Notes: generated from the letters alone by a model not told the origin. Counted from the first letter of the stretch, positions 8,591 to 18,193 are shown. The stretch is DNA of 64,000 nt from Candidatus Heimdallarchaeota archaeon (GCA_020353515.1 CP070695.1:3806277-3870276), one strand, 5' to 3'. Numbers and translations are program-made.

Positions 8591-11500
8591 ATGACTCTCA
8601 ATTCCCTTTTACTAAGAGACGACATCCCTGACGATGTAATAAGAGAAATCAAATTAGCAATTACTGATCAAAGAAAAATAGAAGAAAACTCTCTAAAAAC
8701 AGAAACAAGACTCCAATTTCTACTTAAATCCAGTCCAGCAGTAATTTTTTCTTGTGAACCTCGAGATAACTTCCCAACAACCTTTATGAGCGAGAACGTA
8801 AAGGAAATCCTTGGCCATGATGTTCATGAGTTTATTAGCAATCCGAGTTTCTGGACTAACGGAATCCATCCTGATGATAGACAACATTCAGTGGAAATAT
8901 TTCAGGGAATAGTTCAAAGTGAACATTATAGTGTAACTTACCGCTTTAAACACAAAAATGGTTCTTATCTTTGGATGATGGATGAAGCTACTCTTATTCG
9001 AGACAACCAGGGGAACCCCATTGAGATTGTGGGCTATTGGACTGATATTACAAAACAGAAAGAAGCAGAGGAAAGGTTACGTAAAAGTGAAGAAGACTAC
9101 AGATCGCTCTTTGAAAACATACCAATTGGCTTATATCGTAGCACACCTGATCATGAATTTGTTGCAGCTAATCCAACCTTTATCAAACAGGTAGGACTTT
9201 CTTCGTTTGAAGAATTAGCATTGATTGAGCCTAATAAGCTAGCGACAAGACGAAATTATCCAAGGGATCGTTTTCTAAAGGAAATCCATACGAAGGGGGA
9301 AGTCAAAGGATTGGAGTTTGAACTTAAAAAATCCGATGGAACATCAATATATATCAGAGAAAATGCAAGAGCAATCAAAGATTCAAAAGGAACAATCAGA
9401 TATTATGAAGGGAGTGTTGAAGATATTACTGACCGAGTTCTAATGGAAGAAGCTTTACGTGAAAGTGAGACAAAATATCGGACTTTAGTTGAACGAGCAA
9501 ACGATGGAATTGCAATTGTTCAGGGTGGTAAGTTAGGTGACAAGTTTCTATTCATCAACCAGCGATTTGCGCAAATGCTTGGATACAGACCTGATGAACT
9601 CCTGAATATGTCTTATGCACAGGTTGTTCATCCTGACGCTTTTCCTGAAATTAATGAGCGTCGTAAAGCCAGATTAGCGGGTAATGAAGTTTCTCTTACC
9701 TATGATTCAAAACTAATAAAGAAAAATGGCAATTCATTAGAAGTGGGGTTAAATCTGGGAATAATTGATTATCAGGGGGAAGAAGCAGTTCTAGCGATAG
9801 TCAGGGACATAACAAAACGTAAGCAAGCAGAAGAACAACTCCAATACCAAGCGAATCTGCTAACATATGTTTCTGATGCTGTGATTGCAAGCGATTTGGA
9901 CTTCCGAATAACAAGTTGGAATAAGGCAGCAGAAAAAATCTACGGATGGCAAGAAGAAGAAGTTCTGGGAAAAGAAGTAGGAATATTACTGCATCAGGAA
10001 TTCCCCTATCACATAAGAGATGATGTATTAGGCGATTTCATGAGGGAGGGGATCTGGCAAGGTGAAGTTATACAGAAAAGAAAAGATGGAACGCCAATTA
10101 ACATCCTCATGTCAGTAGCTTTGGTCAAAGACAGGACAGGCAAACCCATAGCTGCACTAGCAGTAAATCGGGACATTACGGAACGAAAACAGGCAGAACA
10201 AGCGATAAAAGAAAATAAGGAAAAATATCGATCTTTTATTGAGAATTTTCAAGGGATTGCATTTGAGGGTTATGCAGATTATACTCAAGACTTTTTCCTT
10301 GGGAATGTGGAAGAGATAACAGGTTATACTGAGACCGATTTTCTTTCTGGAAGAATTATGTTTAAAGAATTAATCCATCCAGAAGATGCACAACGAATAA
10401 CAAATGATGTTGTTAAGTTCTATTCTTCATCTAAAGAATTGACTCGAAGAGAATATCGTATTTTCGACCGATATGGTACCATTCACTGGCTTCAAGAAGA
10501 TATTAAGAAGTTTTATAATAAAGAAAAAGACAAAATTGGCGTATATGGTACAATTCAAGATATTACCAAGAGAAAACAGGCAGAGGAAGCATTAAGGGAA
10601 AATGAGGAGAAATATCGATCACTCGTTGAGCTAGCCAATGATGGGATTGTTATTATTCGTGATATGAAGTTTAATTTCCTTAATAGACAAGCAGTAGAAA
10701 TGCTGGGTTATACTGTTGAAGAGTTAATTGATGTTCCATTCGCTAAAGTAGTTCATCCTGATGGATTTAACGATGCTCTTAAGATGTATCAGGATAGGAT
10801 GGCGGGGCACGATGTACCATCGAAATATGAAATGAAATTATCACGTAAAGATGGAACCCCATTAGACGTGGAAATTAATGTAAGAATGATCACTTATCAA
10901 GATGGTACAGCAGAACTTGCAATGGCTCGTGATATCACTGAGCGAAAGAAGGCTGAAATAGCTTTACGTGAAAGTGAGGAGAGATTACGAAAGTTTATGG
11001 AGTCAGCTACCGATGGATTTACCCTTCTGGATTTAAATTTAAACTTCATTGATATTAACAAAGCAGGATTAATAGGACTCAACCTAGCAGAAGAGGAAGT
11101 AGTGGGAAAGAATTTCCTAGAAATTTTCCCCAAACTAAAGGATTCAAGTACATACGATAACTATCTCGAAGTTTTAAAGACTGGAAAACCATATTATAGT
11201 GATGATATTGATTCTGCTCCAAGAATCAGAAATAAGTACTATTCAGTGAGGGCCTTCAAAGTGGGTGATGGACTTGGTATTATTACCACGGATATTACTG
11301 ATCGGGTAAAAGCAGAAAAAACTAGAGAAGAGCTAGAACAGCGACGTGATAGCTTTGTTTGGATGACCAGTCATGAACTTAGAACTCCCCTGACCGTTCT
11401 TACAGGATACTGTGACTTTCTAATCGAGCATATAAATGATCTAGCCCAACAACGCATAACAAACATCTTAAGTGTTATGAAAAACAATTTAGATAGATTA

Positions 11501-12031
11501 GAACGTTTAACCAGCAAAGTGAGTACAATCGGACAAATTGAACGAGGTATTTTTGAAATTGAAAAAACCTCAATGAATTTATGTGATTTTCTGCAGAATA
11601 CACTAGAACCTTACCATCAGCTATTAGGAAACCAGTTTGAATTTCAAGGATGCTTAGAGGAATCTGCAATAATCATCGATGGGGATCCGCACAGGCTGCA
11701 ACAGGTATTAGATAATATCATTGGTAACGCTATTAAGCAAACGGATAAAGATAGCAGGAGAATAAGCGTCACATCGAAGATTTTTCCCTTAGAAATAAAA
11801 ATTGAAGTTTCAGATAACGGCGCAGGGATTAGATCAGAGGATTTGAATCTGATTTTTGATCAATTCGTAAGTATTCCAACAGAATTTTCTGCCACTGGCA
11901 CAGGTATCGGGCTGTATTTATGTCGAAAGACACTGGAAGCACATGGAGGAAAAATTACAGCAGAGAGTAAAGGACCAGGTCTTGGAGCAACCTTTATTAT
12001 CGAACTTCCAAGGAAAAGTAACTTCAAATAG
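8591..12031 (+). CDS. Cytoplasmic multi-PAS (about 7 PAS/PAC) sensor histidine kinase
   Basis: Repeated PAS-PAC units ending DITxRK; H-box SHELRTPLT; N-box NIIGNAIK; DNGAGI; GTGIGL; no TM helices. Confidence 0.92.
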   Translation: MTLNSLLLRDDIPDDVIREIKLAITDQRKIEENSLKTETRLQFLLKSSPAVIFSCEPRDNFPTTFMSENVKEILGHDVHEFISNPSFWTNGIHPDDRQHSVEIFQGIVQSEHYSVTYRFKHKNGSYLWMMDEATLIRDNQGNPIEIVGYWTDITKQKEAEERLRKSEEDYRSLFENIPIGLYRSTPDHEFVAANPTFIKQVGLSSFEELALIEPNKLATRRNYPRDRFLKEIHTKGEVKGLEFELKKSDGTSIYIRENARAIKDSKGTIRYYEGSVEDITDRVLMEEALRESETKYRTLVERANDGIAIVQGGKLGDKFLFINQRFAQMLGYRPDELLNMSYAQVVHPDAFPEINERRKARLAGNEVSLTYDSKLIKKNGNSLEVGLNLGIIDYQGEEAVLAIVRDITKRKQAEEQLQYQANLLTYVSDAVIASDLDFRITSWNKAAEKIYGWQEEEVLGKEVGILLHQEFPYHIRDDVLGDFMREGIWQGEVIQKRKDGTPINILMSVALVKDRTGKPIAALAVNRDITERKQAEQAIKENKEKYRSFIENFQGIAFEGYADYTQDFFLGNVEEITGYTETDFLSGRIMFKELIHPEDAQRITNDVVKFYSSSKELTRREYRIFDRYGTIHWLQEDIKKFYNKEKDKIGVYGTIQDITKRKQAEEALRENEEKYRSLVELANDGIVIIRDMKFNFLNRQAVEMLGYTVEELIDVPFAKVVHPDGFNDALKMYQDRMAGHDVPSKYEMKLSRKDGTPLDVEINVRMITYQDGTAELAMARDITERKKAEIALRESEERLRKFMESATDGFTLLDLNLNFIDINKAGLIGLNLAEEEVVGKNFLEIFPKLKDSSTYDNYLEVLKTGKPYYSDDIDSAPRIRNKYYSVRAFKVGDGLGIITTDITDRVKAEKTREELEQRRDSFVWMTSHELRTPLTVLTGYCDFLIEHINDLAQQRITNILSVMKNNLDRLERLTSKVSTIGQIERGIFEIEKTSMNLCDFLQNTLEPYHQLLGNQFEFQGCLEESAIIIDGDPHRLQQVLDNIIGNAIKQTDKDSRRISVTSKIFPLEIKIEVSDNGAGIRSEDLNLIFDQFVSIPTEFSATGTGIGLYLCRKTLEAHGGKITAESKGPGLGATFIIELPRKSNFK

Positions 12032-12425
12032 AGAGATTTCTGAAAAGGGAGACAATATTCACTGAAAAGACACTTAGCATTCACTTTCAATGAACCCTCC
12101 CTCTCTAAGATTTTGACTAACTAAAGGGAATAAGGATGTTTAATGTTATAAAGAGAGTAATTACATTATTTGATTTAAAAATATTCTATCAAAACCAGTC
12201 TATTATATGAGTTTAAGCCCTAGCATTCTAATTTTCCCTTATCAAGCGCATCTCTTCCTGAAAATGTCATGATAAAAAGATTACAACAGTTGAAAAGCAT
12301 AAACCAAGATCACACACAACCATTATTACTTGGAAATTACTGTCCTTAACGTTTAAAGTATCCCAATGTATTTCTAGAATATATAGATACGTACGCGAAA
12401 GTGACGAAAAAAATCCGACAGAAAT

Positions 12426-13703
12426 GTGAACTCTATGTCTAGTACTAATTTTTCTGCTCTTTTTACAAACTTTCAATCAGTGTTCATAGAGGCTGGAGAA
12501 AAGGTGTTTGCATCTAATTACATTCCAAATCACCTTTGGCACCGGGAGGAAGAAATGAAAAGCTTAGTTAATTACTTTAGGTCTATTATTACTGAACCTA
12601 CTGGGAGTAGCAGAAAGGTTGTGCTCTATGGGCCAGTTGGTACCGGAAAAACAGTCATTTCGAGGGCATTCGGAGCAGATCTAACCAGGTATTTAAGGTC
12701 AGAACATAAACCAGGAGACCCAAGTTTTCGATTCTTCCATGTGAATTGTCGAAAGACCAAGACCCCACATTTGATTTTAACAACGGTCTTAAGACAGCTT
12801 GTTCCTGGTTTTCCTTTGCGAGGTTTTTCAGTCGATGAACTGTTGAGAATGTTTTCCCTATTGCTTTATGAGCAAAATTTGGTATCTCTACTTGTATTAG
12901 ATGAGATTGATTACTTAATATCTGATGAGCGAACAGATTTTCTTTACGCTTTGTCACGTATAGAGGAAGGAGAGTCTAAAATCCGAAATGACCATTTCTC
13001 TACGTTTCCTGGTAATCACACGGAATCTCGTTTCAACCTATTATGTTGCACCCGAGACAAGAATTTTCGCTATCATCTTGACTCCTCCACCATCTCCTCC
13101 CTTGGTAGAAACTTCATTACTTTCCCTCCTTACACTAGAAATCAGCTTTTCGATATTGTGAGCTCTCGTGCTGAGCTAGGACTCCGAGAAGAGAGTTACA
13201 ATAATGATCTCATTGAAGTCATTGCAAGTCTCGCAGAAGAATATGGAGACGCACGATTTGCCATTGAATTGTTATGGCGAGCTGCGAAACTAGCAGACCG
13301 AGAAAAGAAGGATCAGATCACAGCTGAGCATGTACGTAAAGCAGTCGTATCTGTACTCCCCATTGAAAAATCAGTTCTTGAAGACTTGAATACCCATCAA
13401 AAATTATTATTATTAAGCATTGCTAGACTTCTTTGCGACAATAGACCATTTGTAACTACTCCAGAGGTCAAACATTCCTATATGAGCGTTTGTGAGGAGG
13501 CAGGTGTTCGTGCGAGGCGCCAAACACAAATGTGGGCCTATCTGAAGGATCTAGGCCGACTAGGACTCATTCAACAAGAGGTAGAGAATCGTCATAAAAA
13601 CGGACGGTCGATGGGAAGGGTCACGACAATACGGGTCCGTGATATCCCTGTCAACGAGATCATTCAGTCCTTAAATCACTTAATCGAAGATTCACAATCC
13701 TAA
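12426..13703 (+). CDS. cdc6: Cdc6/Orc1 replication initiator AAA+ ATPase
   Basis: YIPxxLxHREEE, Walker A GPVGTGKT, HVNCR, Walker B VLDEID, FPPYT, GDARFAIELL, C-terminal winged helix. Start may be ATG 12435. Confidence 0.92.
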   Translation: MNSMSSTNFSALFTNFQSVFIEAGEKVFASNYIPNHLWHREEEMKSLVNYFRSIITEPTGSSRKVVLYGPVGTGKTVISRAFGADLTRYLRSEHKPGDPSFRFFHVNCRKTKTPHLILTTVLRQLVPGFPLRGFSVDELLRMFSLLLYEQNLVSLLVLDEIDYLISDERTDFLYALSRIEEGESKIRNDHFSTFPGNHTESRFNLLCCTRDKNFRYHLDSSTISSLGRNFITFPPYTRNQLFDIVSSRAELGLREESYNNDLIEVIASLAEEYGDARFAIELLWRAAKLADREKKDQITAEHVRKAVVSVLPIEKSVLEDLNTHQKLLLLSIARLLCDNRPFVTTPEVKHSYMSVCEEAGVRARRQTQMWAYLKDLGRLGLIQQEVENRHKNGRSMGRVTTIRVRDIPVNEIIQSLNHLIEDSQS

Positions 13704-13720
13704 TCCAATAAAAAGCCAAT

Positions 13721-14398
13721 TTACGCCAAACCACAACACTCCCCCAAGTCCAGCTGCGATAGGCACAGTCCTATCCATGAGATTACTATCATCTTCACCA
13801 TCTGCTTCTGAATGGGTGACTTTTCAGCCCACCCAACTGCAATCATAGCAGCAATAAGAACATGAGTTCCACTTAAGGGGAATCCTAAGAGTGTGCCTAT
13901 TGTCATTATAAGCGTAACTGAAATCATTGAAGAAAGCCCAGAAGTAGGATTCATTTCAACAAGCTCTTTTGTCACGACTCGAATTACGACCTTTCCTATA
14001 ATTATTAGGCCTAAGGCCATGCCAAAACCACCTATCAACATCATTAGTCATAAGTTTATCGTTATAGCTTCTGCTTCGAGTATTTTTAAACCCAAAACTG
14101 GTGCAATAGAGTTTGCAACGTCACGGTGACGATCCTCAGTAGCTTGTGGTAAATAGGCTCCTTTAGAAAAGATACTATTGATTAACTCTTCTTTAATGTC
14201 ATCACATCGTCTTTCAGCTTCAATAATTTCTTCTTTTAACTGACTAATTTTATCTCGAGCTTCAGGATTGTTTTCATGGTCAGACCATATTTTAATCGCT
14301 GCTGCTAATTTTGCTGAACAAACTTGTAGCTCTTATGCATGCTGATCCTAGACAATAATAATATTAATTTTATCTCCCCTTAGTGTTTCTCGTAGCAT
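13721..14398 (-). pseudogene. Degenerate DUF47 (Pit accessory)-PiT inorganic phosphate transporter deletion fusion
   Basis: Single frame from ATG 14398 with in-frame TAG, TAA and TGA. DUF47-like ERRCDDIKEELINSIFSKGAYLPQATEDR is joined directly to PiT C-terminal motifs DVANSIAPV and GFPLSGTH. Confidence 0.8.
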
Positions 14399-14614
14399 AT
14401 TTAAGTACTTGTTTTTGAATGTCTTCAGTTTAAACCATGAAATTAATAGTAATTACTTAAGCAGGAATTTAGAATCAATCAAAGAAAGGAAGAAAAAAAA
14501 AATCCCGATTAGCTATTTTCTAGTTATTAGGTTCTGCAAGGTTAAAATTTAAATCATTTATTTTTGAGGTACTCCATTCAAGTAGTTTACCATGATCGGA
14601 GGTTTTAATGTACT

Positions 14615-15604
14615 TTGGCGAAAGATAAAGAATTTTATGTTCGTGATTTAGCAATCGATGATGAATATGACACTATCACAGCCAATAAATCAGTTAAAGA
14701 TGCAGCTCTAAAAATGAAAGAGCTAGGGATTCCTGATTTAGTTGTAGTTAATAAAGAAGATAAGAAGAAAGTTTTAGGTGTTATAGCAGACTTTGATATT
14801 GTAACAGGACTTGTTGCTGAAGGGTTGTCTGCAGAAACATCTAAAGTGACAGAAATCATGTATACAATTGATCCTGTGACCAAGGATACCCCAGTATCAA
14901 CTGCTTTCTCTCGGATGCGTGATTTAGATGTCTCGATTATTCCAGTCATCGAAAAAGATGAATTAGTCGGTGTTGCGACTATTACTGACTGTTGGGGTTT
15001 TTTACCCGAGAAATATGAAGACCAAAGAGGATTAATTGCCGTTAATAATCCTCGATTCGCAAATTATGGCTTCACAATTTTAATGACTTTACTCTACTTT
15101 TGTTTTGGGATTTTAGCACCTTTTGCGGGTTTTACTGGATTTATAAAGGCACCAACTGCTGGCTCAGCTATTGGATCCCAAATTACTACTTATGGCCTCT
15201 TTGATGCACGAGGAGGAGGTTTTTATATTGGTTACTTAGAATTTCAGGGCACGTACAGTCTCATGTGGCTAGCAATGTTTCTTTATGGGATTATATTCTT
15301 GATTCTAGGAATATTTAGTACTTGGTGCATAATCCACTGGTCGAACGCAGATTATCATTTAGTTAAGACGGATAGAAATTGGCAAGCATTAGGCCTCGGT
15401 GTAGGCATAGTAAATCTCCTTATAGAGTGGGGCCTGTTCGTTATTGTAATTATACTCGGAATCCTACGTATCTCAGATGGTCAAATAACACTCGATATCT
15501 TTGGACTCCTGTTTTCTGGATTGGCGATTATCTTCCTTATTGCAGCTGTTTCTCGGGATATTCTCTTCCGTGAGAGTACACCAACCACTTCAGAGGAGGG
15601 GTGA
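14615..15604 (+). CDS. CBS-pair domain protein with C-terminal multi-pass membrane domain
   Basis: Two CBS repeats (VLGVIADFDIV; LVGVATITDC) followed by about 4 hydrophobic helices; GGAGG upstream of TTG. Confidence 0.75.
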   Translation: MAKDKEFYVRDLAIDDEYDTITANKSVKDAALKMKELGIPDLVVVNKEDKKKVLGVIADFDIVTGLVAEGLSAETSKVTEIMYTIDPVTKDTPVSTAFSRMRDLDVSIIPVIEKDELVGVATITDCWGFLPEKYEDQRGLIAVNNPRFANYGFTILMTLLYFCFGILAPFAGFTGFIKAPTAGSAIGSQITTYGLFDARGGGFYIGYLEFQGTYSLMWLAMFLYGIIFLILGIFSTWCIIHWSNADYHLVKTDRNWQALGLGVGIVNLLIEWGLFVIVIILGILRISDGQITLDIFGLLFSGLAIIFLIAAVSRDILFRESTPTTSEEG

Positions 15605-15609
15605 GTTGT

Positions 15610-17292
15610 ATGCCTCGTGGTGGTGGTGGCTTCCGAGGTGGGGGTTTAGGTGGTGGTGGTTTTCGTGGAGGAGGTTTCCGAGGTGGGAGTCGAAGCTTTC
15701 GAGTAGGAAGTGTCAGATCTTCAGGGCGACCTTTCGGTCGTACTGGCTCACGTAGAACAGTTTCACGAGCGCCTCGTGGTAGAAGTTATCACAGACCCCA
15801 TCATAGACGACATTGGGGGGGATATTATCGACCATGGTATCGTCGATGGTGGCACTGGCATTGGTGGTGGGGATATCCTTATCGGCCTTGGTATTATGCC
15901 CCAGTTTACTGGGGAGGTGGGGCAATTCTCGCGATCATTGCCTTACTAGTGATTCTTCCCCTCATTGGAGTAGCTTTCTGGTACCCCTTCTCAAATACTT
16001 CGCCAAGTGGTGTAGTAACTTACTCCGACACCCAGACTTTATTCTACAACGAATATTGGTATGAGAAAGAGTACTTATCGCAAGGGCAAAGTATTGACTA
16101 CCGTGTGGAAGCTCAGAGTGAAGTGACTTTTCTTATTTGGAACCAACCATTTGAAAATTTCCCCCTCTCAGATAGCCCTCTTACAGGAAGTTATAGTGAG
16201 AATGATATGACTGTTTTAGGAAATCATGATTATCAATATGTTGGTTATTTTTTAAAACCAGGATCCCGACTCGATTATCAATTCAATGTTACTTTAGGCG
16301 GTCCCATTGAATTTTTCGTCACAGATGCTAACGATTTATACCGTTGGAACAATTGGGAGACAATTATCTTCAAAGATTCTTACATAGGATCCGCAGGCTA
16401 TAGTGGAGGAATTGACATCAATTATGCTCAAGATTATTATCTAGTATGGTATAACAGCGGAACTAATCCCGTCTCCATCGATTTTACGGTCGATTATTCA
16501 GCAGCGGGCGCTTTCGATTTTAGTGATGCGGAAGATAATGGTGTTCTTGAACGAGATGTCGTAGATCCTGTATCTGGTTCTCTATCTGTTCCTTCAAGTG
16601 GTGACTGGTACTTCTTTGTATATTTTGATCCTTTTGTTAACCCGGCAGAATCAGTTGATATTACATTTGATGTCTCGTACAATACAGAAGTCACTTATGA
16701 CCAACAGTGGAAAAAAGTTACACCAATTTTTCTCCTTATTGGCTTCATTATTGTAATTTTACTTATTGTAGCTATTATCCAAAGAAGAACATCCAAGGAA
16801 ACTCCTTCACCCACCGACACAACCACAACAACAACACCAGTCTCTACAACTCCACCAACAACAACAGAAACGGTGCAGGTTGAGACATCTAAGACCTGTC
16901 ATCGGTGTAATTCACTCTCTAAACTTGGTGATGTTTATTGTGTCAATTGTGGTGCAAAACTATCTGGTCGAGATTATGGCGTATCCACAATAACAACGCC
17001 AGCCTCTGCAAAGAATTGTCGTAGCTGTGGAAAAGCTCTAATCCCCGAAAGTAGGTATTGTAAATATTGCGGAGCTAAGATCGAACAGGAAGCTAAACCT
17101 TACAAATATTTCCCTGATGAACGAGAAGCATTCTTCTGTCAATTAGACAATGAAAAACATCCCTCAACCGACTCTGCTTATGAATGTGAACAGTGTTCAC
17201 GTAAGATCTGTGGAGATTGTTATAACACAATCACTCAGACTGGAGTGACACGATGTCCATATTGTAAGGGAGAATTACGCCAAATTCAATGA
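15610..17292 (+). CDS. Two-pass membrane protein: RGG/aromatic N-tail, TM, extracellular beta-sandwich domains, TM, T/P linker, double zinc ribbons, C-terminal RING-like Zn finger
   Basis: GGGFRGGG repeats; TM AILAIIALLVILPLIGVAFW; TM IFLLIGFIIVILLIVAII; CHRC..CVNC, CRSC..CKYC; CQLD..CEQC..CGDC..CPYC. GAGGGGTGA lies upstream of ATG 15610. Confidence 0.7.
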   Translation: MPRGGGGFRGGGLGGGGFRGGGFRGGSRSFRVGSVRSSGRPFGRTGSRRTVSRAPRGRSYHRPHHRRHWGGYYRPWYRRWWHWHWWWGYPYRPWYYAPVYWGGGAILAIIALLVILPLIGVAFWYPFSNTSPSGVVTYSDTQTLFYNEYWYEKEYLSQGQSIDYRVEAQSEVTFLIWNQPFENFPLSDSPLTGSYSENDMTVLGNHDYQYVGYFLKPGSRLDYQFNVTLGGPIEFFVTDANDLYRWNNWETIIFKDSYIGSAGYSGGIDINYAQDYYLVWYNSGTNPVSIDFTVDYSAAGAFDFSDAEDNGVLERDVVDPVSGSLSVPSSGDWYFFVYFDPFVNPAESVDITFDVSYNTEVTYDQQWKKVTPIFLLIGFIIVILLIVAIIQRRTSKETPSPTDTTTTTTPVSTTPPTTTETVQVETSKTCHRCNSLSKLGDVYCVNCGAKLSGRDYGVSTITTPASAKNCRSCGKALIPESRYCKYCGAKIEQEAKPYKYFPDEREAFFCQLDNEKHPSTDSAYECEQCSRKICGDCYNTITQTGVTRCPYCKGELRQIQ

Positions 17293-17367
17293 CTTTCTTT
17301 AGCTTTCCTTCTCCTTTTTCCCCTCTAAACCAATTTAAGGTCTCACAAATAGAGAGGATCGATATTT

Positions 17368-18183
17368 TTGGTAATAAAACATAACAATAAAGATTCGGTC
17401 TTATTAGGGAAGATTTTTATTAGTATATTCATTGTATTGACTATAGGAGTTATTTTTGCGGTATTATATTTTGGAATCAATATTGGAATGGAATTATATC
17501 AGTTTGTATATCGATTTTATGATGAATTTGGCATTCTTGGGATAAATATTGGAGTTTTCATTATCAGTATTTTTGGTAATTTTACAATTATTTTCCCTGT
17601 TCCATACCTCTTCGCCCTTATTCTCATTAGTCTTCTACCAGATATTCACAATAATCCATTAATGCTTCTGCTTCTTGGTTTTTCTGCGGGTTTAGGAGCA
17701 TCAATTGGTGAACTTACAGCATGGATCCTGGGTAGAGCAGGAGAAAAGACACTAAAGGAATCATCAAAATTAGAGAAAATGAATCAATGGGTAGAAAAAG
17801 GATATGCCCCTTTTCTGATTTTTCTCTTTGCAGCAACACCGCTACCTGATGATGCCTTCATGGTGGTATTAGGTCTGGCAAATTATACGTTGTGGAAAGT
17901 ATTATTATTCTGTTTCATAGGAAAAGTAACTTTGACATGTACAACCGCTTTTATAGCTTCTACAGCCAGCGAAACAACTCTGGGCCAGTTCTTTTTCAAA
18001 CTTTATGGCATCGATTTGAAGATGATAGAAACAGGCGTGATTCAACCAACTTCCTTCATCGAGATAGTGCTTAGCACTGTAACTTGGATTCTCACGACAT
18101 TATTAATCGCTGGATTTATTCTTATAGATTGGAATGAAACGTATAACAAAATAACAAAATTTCTGAAACGAGAACATGTTTAA
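17368..18183 (+). CDS. DedA/VTT (SNARE-associated Golgi protein-like) membrane protein
   Basis: FPVPY, GLGASIGELTAWILGRAG, FLFAATPLPDD, GK motif typical of VTT/YqaA proteins. Confidence 0.8.
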   Translation: MVIKHNNKDSVLLGKIFISIFIVLTIGVIFAVLYFGINIGMELYQFVYRFYDEFGILGINIGVFIISIFGNFTIIFPVPYLFALILISLLPDIHNNPLMLLLLGFSAGLGASIGELTAWILGRAGEKTLKESSKLEKMNQWVEKGYAPFLIFLFAATPLPDDAFMVVLGLANYTLWKVLLFCFIGKVTLTCTTAFIASTASETTLGQFFFKLYGIDLKMIETGVIQPTSFIEIVLSTVTWILTTLLIAGFILIDWNETYNKITKFLKREHV

Positions 18184-18193
18184 GTGTTAAAAA

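Noticed and set aside
6111-13703. Inteins in RadA or Cdc6
   Set aside because: Lengths are normal, and no C/S...HN splice motifs or LAGLIDADG inserts were seen.
13721-14398. Stop-codon recoding (Sec/Pyl/alternative code) to explain the in-frame stops
   Set aside because: Three different stop types plus a large deletion indicate decay; intact genes in the window end in TAA, TAG and TGA normally.
15379-16064. Several overlapping alternative-frame ORFs over the GC-rich RGG region
   Set aside because: By-products of low-complexity, stop-poor sequence; no recognisable motifs.
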